NCBI GenBank assembly: GCA_019635415.1
Contig: JAHBZN010000006.1
Coordinates: 23,034-87,033, forward strand
DNA from: Ramlibacter sp.
Lineage (GTDB): Bacteria; Pseudomonadota; Gammaproteobacteria; Burkholderiales; Burkholderiaceae_C
Length of the DNA stretch: 64,000 nt
Direction of reading: 5' to 3'
Part shown: positions 62,218-64,000 of the stretch, piece by piece
How the letters are laid out: every line of letters begins with the position of its first letter
Position numbering within the stretch: the first letter of the stretch is position 1
Notes under the pieces: generated by a model
The model's database searches: none
Seen by the model: only the letters and a program-made list of their open reading frames with translations
What the model was told of the DNA's origin: nothing
Program-made: the position numbers and the translations under genes

Positions 62218-63708
62218 ATGGCTGAAACTCAAGCAAGTGCAGAAGGTGGTGCGGCGAGCGCGACCAGTGAAATGACCCTTCTGGACAAGATCGTCCATGA
62301 GGGCAACATGGCAGTTGAGCCCTCGCAAGGGCCTTATGCCAAAAAGCTGATCGGACAATTTGCCTCGCAAATCTTGGATGAAGGAATGAAGGCCGCACCT
62401 GACAAGGGTGTCGTTGCCATGATCAACGAGCGTGTCGCCGAAATCGACAAGCTGTTGACTGACCAGTTGAATGCGATCATGCATGACGCCCAATTCCAGG
62501 CGCTGGAGGCTTCGTGGCGTGGCTTGCACGACATGGTGTTTGGCACGGAGACGAGCACCCGGCTCAAGCTGCGATTGCTGAATGTGACCAAGAAGGAGCT
62601 TCTGAAGGATCTTGAGTCCGCTGTAGATCACGACATGAGCGTGTTGTTCAAGAAGGTCTACGAAGAGGAATATGGAACCTTTGGCGGAAATCCCTATTCG
62701 GTCTTGATTGGCGACTACTACTTCGGGCGTCACCCGCAGGACATGGCGTTGCTTGAGCGACTCTCCAAGGTGGCTGCCGCCGCACATGCGCCTTTCATCA
62801 CCGCGGCTGCGCCGGCTCTGTTTGACATGAAGTCGTTCACGGATCTCGGCGTTCCGCGTGACATGTCAAAGATTTTCGAGAGTGCGGAGCTTGCCACCTG
62901 GCGTAGTTTCAGGGAGTCCGAGGACTCCCGGTATGTATCGCTTGTGTTGCCCAGCTACGCTGCGCGGCTGCCTTACGGTGCCAAGACCATCCCGGTTGAT
63001 AACTTCAACTTTGAAGAGGATGTGGATGGAAAAGACCATTCCAAGTACTTGTGGGCCAACTCGTGTTACCAGCTTGGTTTGCGCATCACGGATGCCTTTG
63101 CCAAATATGGCTGGTCGACCGCTATTCGTGGTGTCGAAGGTGGTGGCAAGGTCGATGGAATGACGGCCCATGCCTACAAGACTGACGAGGGTGACGTGGT
63201 TCTGAAGTGCCCCACTGAAGTCACTATTACTGACCGGCGTGAAAAGGAGTTGAACGATCTCGGCTTTATTGCCATCGTCAACTCGAAGGGGTCGAATTTT
63301 GCCGCATTCTTTGGTGGCCAAACGGCAAACAAGCCGAAGCTTTACAACAAAGATGCGGCCAATGCCAATGCCCAGTTGTCGGCCCGGCTTCCCTATGTCC
63401 TGGCGGCATCCCGGTTTGCCCACTACATCAAAGTCATCATGCGTGACAAGATCGGTAGCTTTCAGACCCGTGGGGAGGTTGAGACCTATCTGAATAACTG
63501 GATTGCCGACTATGTGTTGATCAATGACACGGCACCCCAGGCTACCAAGGCGCGATTCCCTCTGGGGCAGGCTCGCGTAGACGTCACGGAGGTGCCTGGC
63601 AAGCCCGGTGCCTACCAAGCTACCTGTTTCCTGCGGCCGCATTTCCAGATGGAAGAACTGACGGCTTCGATTCGCCTTGTTGCTGAATTGCCGCCCGCCG
63701 CCGCCTGA
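62218..63708 (+). CDS. tssC: Type VI secretion system contractile sheath large subunit TssC (VipB/ImpC/EvpB)
   Basis: 496 aa. ...FQALEASWRGL...YEEEYGTFGGNPYSVLIGDYYF...RLPYVLAASRFAHYIKV... Confidence 0.95.
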   Translation: MAETQASAEGGAASATSEMTLLDKIVHEGNMAVEPSQGPYAKKLIGQFASQILDEGMKAAPDKGVVAMINERVAEIDKLLTDQLNAIMHDAQFQALEASWRGLHDMVFGTETSTRLKLRLLNVTKKELLKDLESAVDHDMSVLFKKVYEEEYGTFGGNPYSVLIGDYYFGRHPQDMALLERLSKVAAAAHAPFITAAAPALFDMKSFTDLGVPRDMSKIFESAELATWRSFRESEDSRYVSLVLPSYAARLPYGAKTIPVDNFNFEEDVDGKDHSKYLWANSCYQLGLRITDAFAKYGWSTAIRGVEGGGKVDGMTAHAYKTDEGDVVLKCPTEVTITDRREKELNDLGFIAIVNSKGSNFAAFFGGQTANKPKLYNKDAANANAQLSARLPYVLAASRFAHYIKVIMRDKIGSFQTRGEVETYLNNWIADYVLINDTAPQATKARFPLGQARVDVTEVPGKPGAYQATCFLRPHFQMEELTASIRLVAELPPAAA

Positions 63709-63742
63709 TCCATCTCTTCAATCGAATTAGGAGCACCAAGTC

Positions 63743-64000
63743 ATGGACGTGATCATTCTGGAAATCAAAGACATGAAGGGCAATTGCACCATTGACGGGC
63801 ATGCCGATCAAATCATTCTGAATTCGTTCAGCCACAGTGTGGCGTTGCCGTTGAGCACCGATGTCGCCAATACCGAGCGTACGGCGGGTCGGCCGATGTT
63901 TTCAGAAATGAATTTCTCGAAAATGACGGATCAAGCCACGCCTGCGCTGTATACGGCGTGTACAGAAGGAAAAAAGCTCGGCGACGCTACCATCCACATT
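63743..64000 (+). CDS. hcp: Type VI secretion tube protein Hcp (TssD), 3' end outside the window
   Basis: MDVIILEIKDMKGNCTIDGHADQIILNSFSHSVALPLSTD...RTAGRPMFSEMNFSKMTDQATPALY. GGAG lies upstream. Confidence 0.88.
   Translation, partial: MDVIILEIKDMKGNCTIDGHADQIILNSFSHSVALPLSTDVANTERTAGRPMFSEMNFSKMTDQATPALYTACTEGKKLGDATIHI

Overview
GC-rich chromosomal segment, most consistent with a betaproteobacterium (Burkholderiales, probably Comamonadaceae, judged from protein families, synteny and a characteristic dispersed repeat). It is densely coded, with about 75 genes. I saw no rRNA, CRISPR array, transposase or integrase.

Gene content, left to right:
- 3' part of a huge FhaB/TPS-type exoprotein with a poly-proline tract.
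- Housekeeping and metabolic genes: glcD-like, LysR, purU, omega-aminotransferase, ChaN, AbrB, DUF3567, DUF3108, IclR, FAH.
- A visibly A/T-richer ~1.8 kb islet carrying one atypical class-I amidotransferase/peptidase C26-like gene.
- A GAF gene broken by an in-frame amber codon, then the otsB-GH15-otsA trehalose operon.
- A copper-acquisition cluster: DUF2946, TonB receptor, YcnI, PCu(A)C.
- phaM, FIST, VirK.
- dadA preceded by a tandem glycine riboswitch.
- An ECF41-type sigma operon.
- A membrane-lipid operon: ceramidase-like protein plus an LplT-PlsC fusion.
- A conserved-hypothetical block ending in a translationally coupled pair: a zinc-ribbon membrane protein and a protein with a CNF1/CheD-like Cys-His dyad.
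- queA-tgt, recG-oxyR-dyp-ubiA, proC, glpKD.
- The spc/alpha ribosomal operons (rplN to rplQ, including secY, infA, rpmJ, rpoA).
- Initiator tRNA-fMet, then immediately an A/T-richer type VI secretion locus (tssB, tssC, hcp) that runs off the window.

A ~60-70 bp dispersed repeat occurs at least 8 times, including copies embedded in-frame in coding sequences.

Most long ORFs in the six-frame track that lie antisense to these genes are GC-content artefacts.
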